In this document: positions 37,867 through 47,190 of the stretch, piece by piece
How positions within the stretch are numbered: the stretch's first letter is position 1
Layout of the letters: every line of letters begins with the position of its first letter
The notes under the pieces: generated by a model
The model's input: the letters and a program-made list of their open reading frames with translations, nothing else
What the model was told of the DNA's origin: nothing
Databases searched by the model: none
Origin: Candidatus Binatus soli
Lineage (GTDB): Bacteria; Desulfobacterota; Binatia; Binatales; Binataceae
Reading direction: 5' to 3'
Assembly: GCA_002479255.1 (NCBI GenBank)
Contig: DLMJ01000032.1
Location: forward strand, 30,908 to 94,907
Length of the DNA: 64,000 nucleotides
Translations under genes and position numbers: made by a program

Positions 37867-40728
37867 TCACGGTAACTTGTCGGCGCTGCCCGCCCCAAGC
37901 GCCGGCGCAACACTCTGCGCGGCGTCCGAACGCCCGGCAGCGAGCTTCTTCTGGAAGGCTGCGTAGCTGTCGCGCACCTCGATGTCGTTCGGGGCAAGCG
38001 CGCGCGCGTGGAGATAGTCGTGGTCAGCGGTGACATATTGGTAGGCGCCGTTCTCCGCGCCTGCGAGCTCAACCCACGCCCGGGGATTCGTCGGATCGAT
38101 TTCCGTGGCGCGGCGGAAGGTCTGAGATGCTCTCTCATAGTCGCGCGCCCCCAAGTAGAAAGAACCCAGGCGCAGGAGGTTGTCGTAGGTCGGCTCGTAC
38201 TCGACCATCTTCGCCAAGGCCGCGCGCTCCTTATCGGGTTGTCCCGAGGCCTGCGCCATTTGCGCGAACGCTGCAAACATAGGAACCGGGTCGACGCCGG
38301 CATCCAGCCCTTCCTTCAGGACGATCTCAGCGTCAGAGGCGTCCTTCGGCGTGACAAACACCTCGGTTAAGAGCGCAGAATATGGCTCCGGGTCTTGCGG
38401 GCGCAAGGCGCGGGCCCCCTCAAAGCAGCGGCGCGCCCGGTAAAGTTGTCCCGTGCTCGCATAGGTCTGCCCCGCGGTCATCAGAAGTTGCTCACGACGA
38501 CGGGGATCCTGCTCGGAGGCCGCACCGCGCTCGTAGAGCTGCGCGGCAACCAGAGTGCGTCCGGTATCCACGTAGAATGCGCTGAGGCTGTCGATCGCTT
38601 CGGAGTATCCGCGCGCCATCGCCTCGAGCAGACCCTGTTCGATGGCTTGGCGATCGGGCCCCGACAAGTAGGGCATTATCCGAGGGGTGAGATAGAAATG
38701 GTTACTAGAGCTGGGCGCGCGCATCACTGAGATCGTAATCTGATTCAGCGCCTCGGCGGTGCGCCCATTCTCGGCCAGGCTGCGAGCATAGAAGTCGCGC
38801 GCGAACGGATTGCGCGGATCGATCCATACCGCCCGCGCAACCTCCGCGAGCCCGGCCGGCGAGCTCCCGTACCACGACGCCAGGGCGAGGTGCAGGCCGG
38901 CGTTGGCCGGGTGCAGCAACACCATCGTGCGCGCAGCGTCAAACGTCCTGGCTGGCGGATAGTAGGGATAAATCACACTTCCCTGGACGGTGGAGGCAAT
39001 CGCGAGAATCCCCGCCGCCGCGGCGGCATAGGGACCGGCACCTCGAACCAGCCCGCGGGCGCGGATCGCGAACCCAGTTTCCGGGGCGCCGGCGACCGCG
39101 ATCCTCACCATCAATGCCGCGTAGATCGTGAACAGAAATCCGATGGCTGGGGTGGTGAGGCTGAAATCAAACAACTCGTGGAATGCTTCGACCGACATTC
39201 CGGCCACTAAAGCGGCCAGCGTCAGTTGCGCGCGGGGGGACACGCGGTTCCATCGCTTCCATATGACCCGCGCGATTCGCCATCCGATCATCGCGAACGC
39301 GGCAATGCCGAGGATTCCAAGTTCCGCGGCAGTCTCGATATAGTCGTTATGGGCGTTGCGCAAAAGCATAGGAGGCCATGGACCTGTCTGATAGTGAGGG
39401 AACACCTCAGCCCACGATCCGAAGCCGACCCCCAACAACGGATAGTCCCGGAACATTCGCAGCGTGTCGCGCCAGATATGCGCGCGGAACCAAAAACCGA
39501 GCCCCCCGGCCGCGCTCTGGTCGATCCGGGTGTCGACCTGACCCCTGCCCGCGGAACCGATGAGTGCGATCGACAGCGCGGCGATCGCAAGCGCCGCGAG
39601 CCCGAGCCTGGGCACCCAGGCGCGCGCGCCATCGGCGCGCGCGCGGAACACCGTGGGTGTTCTTATTCGATTCGCCATCACCGCAAACAGTACGCAGGAC
39701 AGCACCGTCCCAGCCCAGATTGCGCGCGATTCACTCAGAAGCATCGCGCACACCACAATGACCAGCGCCGCGCTGCACAGAATCGGCACCGTCTCATCGC
39801 GTTCCCGCCCAGCGTCGGCTGCCAACGCGTCCCAGGCCCGCGAGATGAACAGCGGCACGGTCATCGCGAGATAAGCGGCAAAATGGTCGGGATCGATGAA
39901 AGGACCCATCATGCGCTGCCAGCCCAGTTTTGGCGCACGCCAATCGAGCGGGACAAAGAACCACAGCACCTTGCCGTTCCACGTGGCCTGCTGCACCAGT
40001 CCGATCGCCGCCACGGCAAGTCCGCTGATCAGGATCACCGCCACGAGCAAACGGGTAAGCGGATCCTCGTCGCGCGGGGTCGCCTCGGGCGTGACCGGGT
40101 AGAGCGCCACAATCACAAAGAGCCCGAACGCGGCAAAGAGTTGCAGCGCACTTGCAATCCCGAGCGGGGGCGCGAGCGACAACGACCGCCACGCAGTTCC
40201 ATACCAGCCCGGGTCCGCAGGAGAGCGCCCCACCACCGGCGGCGAAGCCGCTTCACCGCTCTCGCGCTGCGAGGTGAATGGAACCGGCGCGCCGCTCCTC
40301 ACCTCGCTCTCCGTCGGCATTACCACCACTCGGACCTCGGAGGTCGCAGCCTGCGCCGGTCGGGCTTTAGGCCGAGGATAATCAACCGTTTTCGGCCATC
40401 CGTCCAGCGCGTGCTGATAAAGGTCGTATGTTCGCGGCGACAGGACGTGCAAAAGCGACGGCGGCATGGGCGCCAGCTGGAAACCGATGAGCAGCGCCAG
40501 TACAGCGGTGGGCGCCGCGATGCTCAGCACCACCGCCGCACCCTTGATCGCCGGCTCGGCCGCGCGCATCCGCAAGAGCGCCGCGGCAAGCATGGCGAAG
40601 ACCACAGTCTCAGCGATGTGATACGCCCGGGGATGAACCGTCCCGAAGCACAGGGGCGTGACAAGGATAAGAAGGACCAGGCCTCCGATCACTGCACGGT
40701 CAATCAAATCAATCGACTGGGTGCGCAT
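37867..40728 (-). CDS. Wzy_C / O-antigen-ligase-family membrane protein fused to a C-terminal TPR-repeat domain
   Basis: About 12 TM helices, LLSESRAIWAG and the WaaL/PglL-type RNAHNDYIETAAELGILG motif. The C-terminal ~380 aa carry repeated TPR-like A/Y/L patterns. Confidence 0.7.
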   Translation of the reverse strand: MRTQSIDLIDRAVIGGLVLLILVTPLCFGTVHPRAYHIAETVVFAMLAAALLRMRAAEPAIKGAAVVLSIAAPTAVLALLIGFQLAPMPPSLLHVLSPRTYDLYQHALDGWPKTVDYPRPKARPAQAATSEVRVVVMPTESEVRSGAPVPFTSQRESGEAASPPVVGRSPADPGWYGTAWRSLSLAPPLGIASALQLFAAFGLFVIVALYPVTPEATPRDEDPLTRLLVAVILISGLAVAAIGLVQQATWNGKVLWFFVPLDWRAPKLGWQRMMGPFIDPDHFAAYLAMTVPLFISRAWDALAADAGRERDETVPILCSAALVIVVCAMLLSESRAIWAGTVLSCVLFAVMANRIRTPTVFRARADGARAWVPRLGLAALAIAALSIALIGSAGRGQVDTRIDQSAAGGLGFWFRAHIWRDTLRMFRDYPLLGVGFGSWAEVFPHYQTGPWPPMLLRNAHNDYIETAAELGILGIAAFAMIGWRIARVIWKRWNRVSPRAQLTLAALVAGMSVEAFHELFDFSLTTPAIGFLFTIYAALMVRIAVAGAPETGFAIRARGLVRGAGPYAAAAAGILAIASTVQGSVIYPYYPPARTFDAARTMVLLHPANAGLHLALASWYGSSPAGLAEVARAVWIDPRNPFARDFYARSLAENGRTAEALNQITISVMRAPSSSNHFYLTPRIMPYLSGPDRQAIEQGLLEAMARGYSEAIDSLSAFYVDTGRTLVAAQLYERGAASEQDPRRREQLLMTAGQTYASTGQLYRARRCFEGARALRPQDPEPYSALLTEVFVTPKDASDAEIVLKEGLDAGVDPVPMFAAFAQMAQASGQPDKERAALAKMVEYEPTYDNLLRLGSFYLGARDYERASQTFRRATEIDPTNPRAWVELAGAENGAYQYVTADHDYLHARALAPNDIEVRDSYAAFQKKLAAGRSDAAQSVAPALGAGSADKLP

Positions 40729-40798
40729 GCAGTCGCAAACCTGGGCGGAAGGCCATCGCTAGAGGGATGGTAGTCGAGCGAAGCGGCGACAAGCCCGC

Positions 40799-43195
40799 CT
40801 AGTTGCCGTCGCTCGCGCGCTTGGGGCTGTCGGCCATTGGAGAAGCGTCCTCGAACGGTGGTTCATCGGCGTCTACGTTATCGAAACCCTGGTAATATCC
40901 TTGGTAGGCCTTCGAGTAATAGTGCGGGAAATCCGCCTTGTACAACCGCACCTTGTTGAGTACGACGCCCAGGACCTTCGCGTTCGTGTACTCGAGACGG
41001 CCCAGCGCCGCGGCCACCTGATGGCGGGGTGTGTGTCCCCCCGCCGTAACCAGCACCACCCCGTCAACAACCTGAGCAAGATCCAGCGGGTCGCTCACCA
41101 ACATCACCGGCGACGAATCGATGATGATATAATTGTACGCTTCAGAAAGTTCCCCCAGAAATTCCTTCATCCGCGGTGAACCGAGCAGCTCACTGGGGTT
41201 CGGCGGAATTCTCCCGCAACTCAGAAAAAAGAGATTTTCAACCGAGGTCGGCTGCACCAGCTCTGTTCCGCCCGTCCCGGTGAGCGCCTCGGTCAGACCC
41301 GGGCGGTTCTGCAAACCAAGTAAACGATGGCATCTCGGGCGCCGCATGTCCGCGTCGATTATCAGCACTTTCGAGCCAGTGTGCGCAAACACTGAGGCGG
41401 TGTTGACGGCAACCGTGGTCTTTCCTTCGCCGGGAACGGCACTGGTGAACATGGTCGCCTTGGGTGGCGCCCCCGCCCGCGACAGCCGCAGCGCGGTGCG
41501 AAGCTGGCGAAAGGACTCGCCCAGTACGGAGTATTTGCCGTAGGTTGCGACCAGGTTTCGTCCGTGCGCGCCGTCGGCGGGCAGGTCGGCTACCGCGGGC
41601 TTTGGCAGATATCCCGCGTGGTAGCGCGAGCCGATGGAGATGGCGCTGTTGAAGTCAGGTATCGTCGCCAGACCCGGAAGCTTCAGATAGCGTTCCAGCT
41701 CCTCGGGGGTCTTAAGCGTGTTGTCGAGCCGCTCGATGAATAGCGCGCCGCAAATCCCCAGCAGCAATCCCAGCGCGGCCGCGGCTACCAGGTCGCGCTG
41801 GGTACGTGGGCTCGACGGGCCAAGCGGCGGTTGCGCCAGGTCTACGACCGAAACGTTGGACGCATGTGCGTCCCCGACGACGGTCAGGTTCTTCATCCGC
41901 TTGAGCACGGCGTTGTAAAGCTCGCGGTTGGTGTCGGCCTCGCGCTCAAGCATGACGTATTTGATGGCGGCGTCGTTGAGCCCCAGCGCAAAGCCCTTCT
42001 CGTTGTCGAGCTCGGTGGCGATCGCTGCTTCGCTCTTGAGCGCGGCCTGATATTGCTCGTTTACGCTTGCGACCGCGGTCTTGAGCTCGCGATCCAGAAC
42101 CGCACGCGTCCCGCCGATCTTCTCGCGGAGCTCTCGCATTTCCCGATATTCATCGGTGTACTCGCCGCGCATACTGGCATAGCGCGATTCGAGCTGGTCA
42201 AGGTCGCCTTTCAAGCCCTGGATCACCTTATTGTCCATCACTTGGGGCAGGGCGTCAGTGTGGCCGGCCTTCACGAGCTCGAGCTGGGTGCCCAAGGTGA
42301 TGGTCTTGAGGTGCGCGTCCTGAAGGTCATGGTTGAGTTTGTTGAGCTGCTCGACCACCACATCCTGGCTGCCGTTGAGCGAGATCAGTCCTGGGACGAT
42401 ATCCTTGTCACGCCGGTAGTTGTTGAGCGCCAGCTCCGATTGCTCGACGCGCTGCTTGAGTTCGTCGAGCTTACCGGCCAAGAATCGCTGAGCCTCGTCG
42501 CTCGCCTGGGCGCTGAGCTCGATCCCCTGCCGAATAAATGCGCGCGCGTGAGCATTGGCCATTCGCGCCGACAACTTGGGATCCGAGGTCGTGAACCCGA
42601 TCTGTACCAATTGTGTGTTTTCGATGGGCTTGACCTGCAGCGCGCCCAAATACCATTGGACCACGGAACGGGGAACGCTGTCCGCCAGTGGATCGTCCAA
42701 CGTCGGAGCAGCCTGCTTCGCCGCAAGGCTGGGAAACCAACCCGCAAGCGCGGACCGCAAGACGCCCCACCCAGGCAACCACGACCCGGAGGCGTGCGAA
42801 GGCCGAGCCTCCAGCTTCATTAGTCCTTGGTCGAGAATCACCCGGGTTGCGAGGCTGCTTGACTTGAGCAGCTCGGACTGCGTGTCATCATACGGTTCCT
42901 GAGAAGAGTCCTGCGGCGCGGAAATGCTTTCGTCCTCGAAGACCCGTGATGGGGCGAATCGTATGAGCAGCGTGGTGCTGGCCGTGTAGGTCGGCTCCGC
43001 CATCAAATCACGCACCAGCGTGAAACCCACACATGCCACCGCGATCACAAGCACCAGGCGCAGGTGCTTTTGCACGATGCGACGGTATTCGTGAAACTCA
43101 ATCCATGGCTCGTGACCCGCACTGCGCGGCGGCCGGCGCACGAGATGCGCTTCCACGTACTGCGGAGGTTCTTTACGCGGTTCGATTTGTGTCAT
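40799..43195 (-). CDS. wzc: Polysaccharide co-polymerase / BY-kinase (Wzc/GumC/EpsB-like tyrosine autokinase)
   Basis: Wzz-type N-terminus with two TM helices flanking a long coiled-coil. Walker A is SAVPGEGKTTVAVNTA, Walker A' is VLIIDADMRRP, Walker B is IIIDSSPV, and the C-terminal tail is Tyr-rich (YYSKAYQGYYQGF). Confidence 0.85.
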   Translation of the reverse strand: MTQIEPRKEPPQYVEAHLVRRPPRSAGHEPWIEFHEYRRIVQKHLRLVLVIAVACVGFTLVRDLMAEPTYTASTTLLIRFAPSRVFEDESISAPQDSSQEPYDDTQSELLKSSSLATRVILDQGLMKLEARPSHASGSWLPGWGVLRSALAGWFPSLAAKQAAPTLDDPLADSVPRSVVQWYLGALQVKPIENTQLVQIGFTTSDPKLSARMANAHARAFIRQGIELSAQASDEAQRFLAGKLDELKQRVEQSELALNNYRRDKDIVPGLISLNGSQDVVVEQLNKLNHDLQDAHLKTITLGTQLELVKAGHTDALPQVMDNKVIQGLKGDLDQLESRYASMRGEYTDEYREMRELREKIGGTRAVLDRELKTAVASVNEQYQAALKSEAAIATELDNEKGFALGLNDAAIKYVMLEREADTNRELYNAVLKRMKNLTVVGDAHASNVSVVDLAQPPLGPSSPRTQRDLVAAAALGLLLGICGALFIERLDNTLKTPEELERYLKLPGLATIPDFNSAISIGSRYHAGYLPKPAVADLPADGAHGRNLVATYGKYSVLGESFRQLRTALRLSRAGAPPKATMFTSAVPGEGKTTVAVNTASVFAHTGSKVLIIDADMRRPRCHRLLGLQNRPGLTEALTGTGGTELVQPTSVENLFFLSCGRIPPNPSELLGSPRMKEFLGELSEAYNYIIIDSSPVMLVSDPLDLAQVVDGVVLVTAGGHTPRHQVAAALGRLEYTNAKVLGVVLNKVRLYKADFPHYYSKAYQGYYQGFDNVDADEPPFEDASPMADSPKRASDGN

Positions 43196-44469
43196 CAGAA
43201 TGCCCCCATGAGCGCGGCGGCCGGGGCCATCGAAGCTATCCCCTGCGCCGCGAGGTAGACAGCGTATCCGGGAATTTTCACCGCCGAATATCCAACGTCC
43301 ACAACGTCGTTCGCCTGCAGGGCGACGTCCGGCGCCTGGCCCCGCTGAACCTCCGCCAGATTTACGTGGATTACTTGGGTTTGGTCACCGGCTTCGCGTC
43401 GCATGATCTTTACGGTGGCCGGATCCGCCGCGTACATCATGCCTCCCGCCGCGGAAACAGCGTTCAGTGTTGTCAGACCGTGAGTCACTGGAAGCACGGT
43501 GGGGTGATAGACCCAGCCGATCACCGAAATCTGGCCTGCGAGGGGCACGAAAAGAGTATCGCCAGGCCTTACCGGGAAATCGACATATTTCCGATAGGGC
43601 GAGTCACCATCCAAGGCGATAACGTACCCCGAGCTGCCATCGAATTCGCTCTCGGAGGGTGGCCGAACCCACGGGGTGTAGTCGTTTTTCAGTGCGGTGT
43701 TGGTGACGACGCCCGAAGGTTGTGCGTTGGAATTGTCGACAGCACCGAGCGCAGCGGTCGGGACCTCAGGCGGCTTGGGCATCGCTGCGTCGTTTGCGCC
43801 CTGCTGCGCAAGCATCGAGTCACCGTTCGAGCCTGGCCGCGCGGGGCTGAGCAGCACCTTGTGCGCGCCGTTATCGTTGAGCCCTCCAGCGCGTTCGATC
43901 AGATCACGAACGGTGTCACTGGGCCCGTTGAGTACGTAAAGCCCGGGGGCGCGTACTGCTCCCATCACCCCCACCGCCCTGCTGGAATAGGTCTTCACTA
44001 GCAGATTGATTTCCGGATGGTACGCATACTTGTGGAGCGCGTTGGCCAGGTGGTCGATGATCTCCGGTTCCGCAAGTCCCGCAACGTGGAGCGATCCCAC
44101 CAGCGGAAGCATGATGTCGCCCTTTCCGTCGACGCGCACGGTACGGTCTTCAAGGTCCTTTACGTTCGGCACCGAAATTTCCAGCACGTCGCCTGGTCCG
44201 ATCGTTAAATCCTTCTGTTCCGTCGCGCGTTGCTGCCAGAGCTTGTCAAGCGCTGTATCCGATTGTGCGGCGGGAAGCTTAGCTGCTGAAGGTGAGCCCT
44301 CGCTGCCTGGCGCCGGTGGCGCCTGCGATGCGCACCCGGCGAGCGCCGCGGCAAGCGCGGCAAGGAGCGCCACCTGGAACCTGGGGACGCCGCCGCGGCG
44401 AGGTGCTCTTGCACTCCGAGTCAAACTGAGCGGACCCGTTGTTGATAGTGTTTTCTCAGCGCTGCGCAT
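43195..44469 (-). CDS. wza: Wza-like outer-membrane polysaccharide export protein (Poly_export + SLBB domains)
   Basis: TIGPGDVLEISV and VRVDGKGDIMLPLVGSLHVAGL (Poly_export), then repeated SLBB-like segments. A signal/lipobox-like LAGCAS is present. The ATG at 44469 has AAGAGG upstream. Confidence 0.8.
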   Translation of the reverse strand: MRSAEKTLSTTGPLSLTRSARAPRRGGVPRFQVALLAALAAALAGCASQAPPAPGSEGSPSAAKLPAAQSDTALDKLWQQRATEQKDLTIGPGDVLEISVPNVKDLEDRTVRVDGKGDIMLPLVGSLHVAGLAEPEIIDHLANALHKYAYHPEINLLVKTYSSRAVGVMGAVRAPGLYVLNGPSDTVRDLIERAGGLNDNGAHKVLLSPARPGSNGDSMLAQQGANDAAMPKPPEVPTAALGAVDNSNAQPSGVVTNTALKNDYTPWVRPPSESEFDGSSGYVIALDGDSPYRKYVDFPVRPGDTLFVPLAGQISVIGWVYHPTVLPVTHGLTTLNAVSAAGGMMYAADPATVKIMRREAGDQTQVIHVNLAEVQRGQAPDVALQANDVVDVGYSAVKIPGYAVYLAAQGIASMAPAAALMGAF

Positions 44470-44574
44470 GGGTCGAACCTCTTTGTAAAACCACACTGAT
44501 CCCCCCGCACTCAAGCAAGTCGCCTGAGGCCCTTTTGCAAATGGGTTACGATATTAACTCAACCAAAGAAGTTG

Positions 44575-45015
44575 TTAGGGTGACGGTGCTGGAACCGATC
44601 CCCCTGTGGCGCCGCCGGCCGCCGCGCTCACCGGCGTACAGGTTCCGGCTCTCGCGCCTGGACGACCGGTCGCGAGAGCGCTGGCGCTTTGCGAGACCAT
44701 CCAGTAAAGGCAAAGCCCTTCCGGCGGCACGCCGGTCTCGATCGTCTGGCCCTGGTACTTGGTCCCGGGCAAGGTCAGGGAGATGCTGTATTCGCCGGTC
44801 GCAATCCCTCCGATCGAGTAGTGCCCGTTAGTGTCGGCATCCGCCTTGCCAACAACGTTGCCCGCCTGGTCCTTGACGCTGACATCCGCCGAGGTTACTG
44901 GGTGATTCTGAATGTCGGTGACTAACCCGGCGATTTCGGCCGATCGGGCCTGCACCGCGAACATAAGCAACCCCAGCGCAACAAGGCCCGTCGTCAAAAG
45001 ACGTCTCTTTCTCAT
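44575..45015 (-). CDS. Small secreted carboxypeptidase-regulatory-like (CarboxypepD_reg) domain protein with an Ala/Ser/Gly/Pro tail (paralog 1)
   Basis: Signal peptide, IAGLVTDIQNHPVTSADVSVKDQAGNVVGKADADTNGHYSIGGIATGEYSISL, then a low-complexity tail ending SVPAPSP. Confidence 0.65.
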   Translation of the reverse strand: MRKRRLLTTGLVALGLLMFAVQARSAEIAGLVTDIQNHPVTSADVSVKDQAGNVVGKADADTNGHYSIGGIATGEYSISLTLPGTKYQGQTIETGVPPEGLCLYWMVSQSASALATGRPGARAGTCTPVSAAAGGATGGSVPAPSP

Positions 45016-45171
45016 CCTCTTTTTCGTTCACTATCCTGTTCAGGACGGCGCGCGTCCGATCGCCGAAACCTTGTGCGCCATGGCGCAGGGCCCGAGTTCG
45101 CCCGAGGCTAATCATGCCATTTCAATTCAGCCTGATCGGTGGACGAAACGAGAAACGAAACCAAGAGAGAC

Positions 45172-45714
45172 CTATCTGGACGAACTGACCACCGGGGAGG
45201 GGCCGCCGCCGCCGCCTCCGCCAAAACAGCCCAAAGCGACACACACACCGAATCCGCCACCCGTAGCGGCCCCCAGCGCGCCTCCCGCAATATAAAGGTC
45301 GGGAATACCTCCAAAATACGCCCCGCCGCATGCGCCCGGCGGATTTGCCGATACCATCCAGAGAGGATTCGAAGCAGCTGCGACCTGAGTGTATGATAAT
45401 GACCAGTCTTCCGTCTCACCTTCCGCAGGTACCTTGTCGTTGACCGTTCCTGGTTTGAACGATGTGCCTGCCGGAGGATTCACCGAGGTCTTGTAATTGC
45501 CCGGCCGGAGTCCGGTAATGCAGTACCGGCCCAACGCGTTGGTCGTCCCTTGGCCAACAACATTTCCGTTCGAGTTCGTGACTGTAATTTGAGCTCCAGT
45601 CATTGGACCTTGGGGCCCGAGCACTTTGCCTGTGATGTCGGAACAGAAAGCGGCCGGCGTAAGAGCAAGGCAAAGAAAAGTTAGCAAAGAAGGTCCAATA
45701 TATGATTTATTCAT
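45172..45714 (-). CDS. Small secreted CarboxypepD_reg-like domain protein with a Gly-rich hydrophobic tail (paralog 2)
   Basis: ATG at 45714 with AAGGAG upstream. Signal peptide, ITGKVLGPQGPMTGAQITVTNSNGNVVGQGTTNALGRYCITGLRPGNYKTSV, and a tail GGALGAATGGGFGVCVALGCFGGGGGGGPSP. Confidence 0.65.
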   Translation of the reverse strand: MNKSYIGPSLLTFLCLALTPAAFCSDITGKVLGPQGPMTGAQITVTNSNGNVVGQGTTNALGRYCITGLRPGNYKTSVNPPAGTSFKPGTVNDKVPAEGETEDWSLSYTQVAAASNPLWMVSANPPGACGGAYFGGIPDLYIAGGALGAATGGGFGVCVALGCFGGGGGGGPSPVVSSSR

Positions 45715-46000
45715 CAGTGCGCTCCTTAAGCGGTCTGGCGCCACGCGAGCATCGTCGATCATTTTTCCAAATGTCGCCCGCCCGGTGATTCAGAACACGC
45801 GTCCGCCATCCCTTTCCGTCTCGAAAACGGTGGGCTGTTCTTTGATCTCCTCTGACACCCCAACCTGAATAGCTAAAGCGAGCTAAATTGCGCTTCAACC
45901 AACCTCACCGCTTCCATTTCGGTTTACCGACCTAAAAAAGTTACCCTAGAGCAAATTCAGTGTCAATGGCACTCTTTTGATGGTCTGTAGCTCATTTTCG

Positions 46001-46035
46001 TCAATCCGGGAAGGTTTCGTTACAAAAAGTCAGGT
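46001..46035 (+). repeat. Copy A of an imperfect direct repeat (16-nt perfect core TTACAAAAAGTCAGGT)
   Basis: Manual alignment with 48604-48638 gives 30 of 35 identical positions. Weaker similarity continues for about 25 nt further. Confidence 0.6.
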
Positions 46036-46345
46036 AACCGGACTGCCTGGTGGGTAGTCCGAAGATGGCGTCGCGACCGAAAACCTCGTCCGGGGACGCG
46101 GGCCGGTCGGCTGCGATGCTGAAACTCCGATGTCAGGGTTCGGGGCCACGCTCCTGCTCGTCGCGCGATCCCGACTGAAGTCACGGGCGAGCCTCAACTG
46201 CCTCCGCTTATAACTGCTGGTAAATCGGGGTGCAGGCCAGACTTAAAAGCGGGCTCGAACTTCGCATTTTCGAAAGGCCCGGCGTCGGCGCTAATCCGAT
46301 TAAGGATTGGAAATGGAAATTCCGGATGAGTCTTGAAAGTTCTGC

Positions 46346-47038
46346 TTACTCTCGTTGCTGCTCTGGTGTATGTCCATGAATTTTCAACTTGGCGCGCTCG
46401 GCGAGTTTCGCCGCGTCGTCTTGGTCAGGTACTCGCTCAGAGACTGTAGCAATATATTGGGGCCCTCCCGAGTGGCACGTACCAACCCTCCACAGGGTAT
46501 CTTTCGTGTGCACGAAGTGGGGGCTACCTGCAACTCTCCACTGAACGATCTCGCATGACTCGGCCGTGCCTTTTAGCAACGGTTTGACGGTTCTGGAAAA
46601 TCGCATTACTTCCGATGGATGAAGAAGGTTGATGAAACTTATACCCCGGAATTCGGCCGCGGTGAATTCAAACAAATCACAGTAGGACGCACTGACTGAA
46701 ACAAAGCGCATATCGGGCTTGAGAACCGAATGGGGGAGCGAGGAAACCTCCTCGGGCTTACAAGCGCCGAGGTGCTCCCAGTTCGGACGTTCCCGTATCG
46801 TCAACACTTCCTTCAAAAGCATCTTTTGTTCAATCAACGCCTGCGCGGCTTCCTGGATAATAGGCATCGCCTTGCGAAGGCTGCCAACCGGAGTGACGAG
46901 GTGACCGATTGCGTCATGAATCAATGCTAGCATTCCATTCGTGCCGAGCCGGTCAAGCTCCTCCGCTGAAGGGAGTTCAATTGTCTGCTCTCCAATATGC
47001 CGAAGAATTTCTTTTACGACAGGAGTTTCATTAACCAC
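46346..47038 (-). CDS. PAS-domain protein (lower GC)
   Basis: GTG start with an AGAGGGGG SD. LKPDMRFVSVSASYCDLFEFTAAEFRGISFINLLHPSE...EIVQWRVAGSPHFVHTKDTLWRV fits the PAS fold pattern. Confidence 0.5.
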   Translation of the reverse strand: MVNETPVVKEILRHIGEQTIELPSAEELDRLGTNGMLALIHDAIGHLVTPVGSLRKAMPIIQEAAQALIEQKMLLKEVLTIRERPNWEHLGACKPEEVSSLPHSVLKPDMRFVSVSASYCDLFEFTAAEFRGISFINLLHPSEVMRFSRTVKPLLKGTAESCEIVQWRVAGSPHFVHTKDTLWRVGTCHSGGPQYIATVSERVPDQDDAAKLAERAKLKIHGHTPEQQRE

Positions 47039-47190
47039 GGGAACACCCCCTCTTGAAGTCTAGCAATGACCTCAAGCATCGATCAAGGCCAAACGTTGTC
47101 ATGGCATATTTTTTTCTCATATCTGGCGGTATGATGCACTACGCCGTTGGTTCTAAATCGGTTCCTCTGGTAACCAGAAATGCACATAAG

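Noticed and set aside
45172-45300. A PEP-CTERM-type sorting signal in the tail of the second CarboxypepD_reg protein (IPDLYIAGGALGAATGGGFGVCVALGCFGGGGGGG…SSSR).
   Set aside because: There is no PEP motif, the hydrophobic stretch is Gly-dominated, the terminal basic cluster is a single Arg, and no exosortase gene is in the window.
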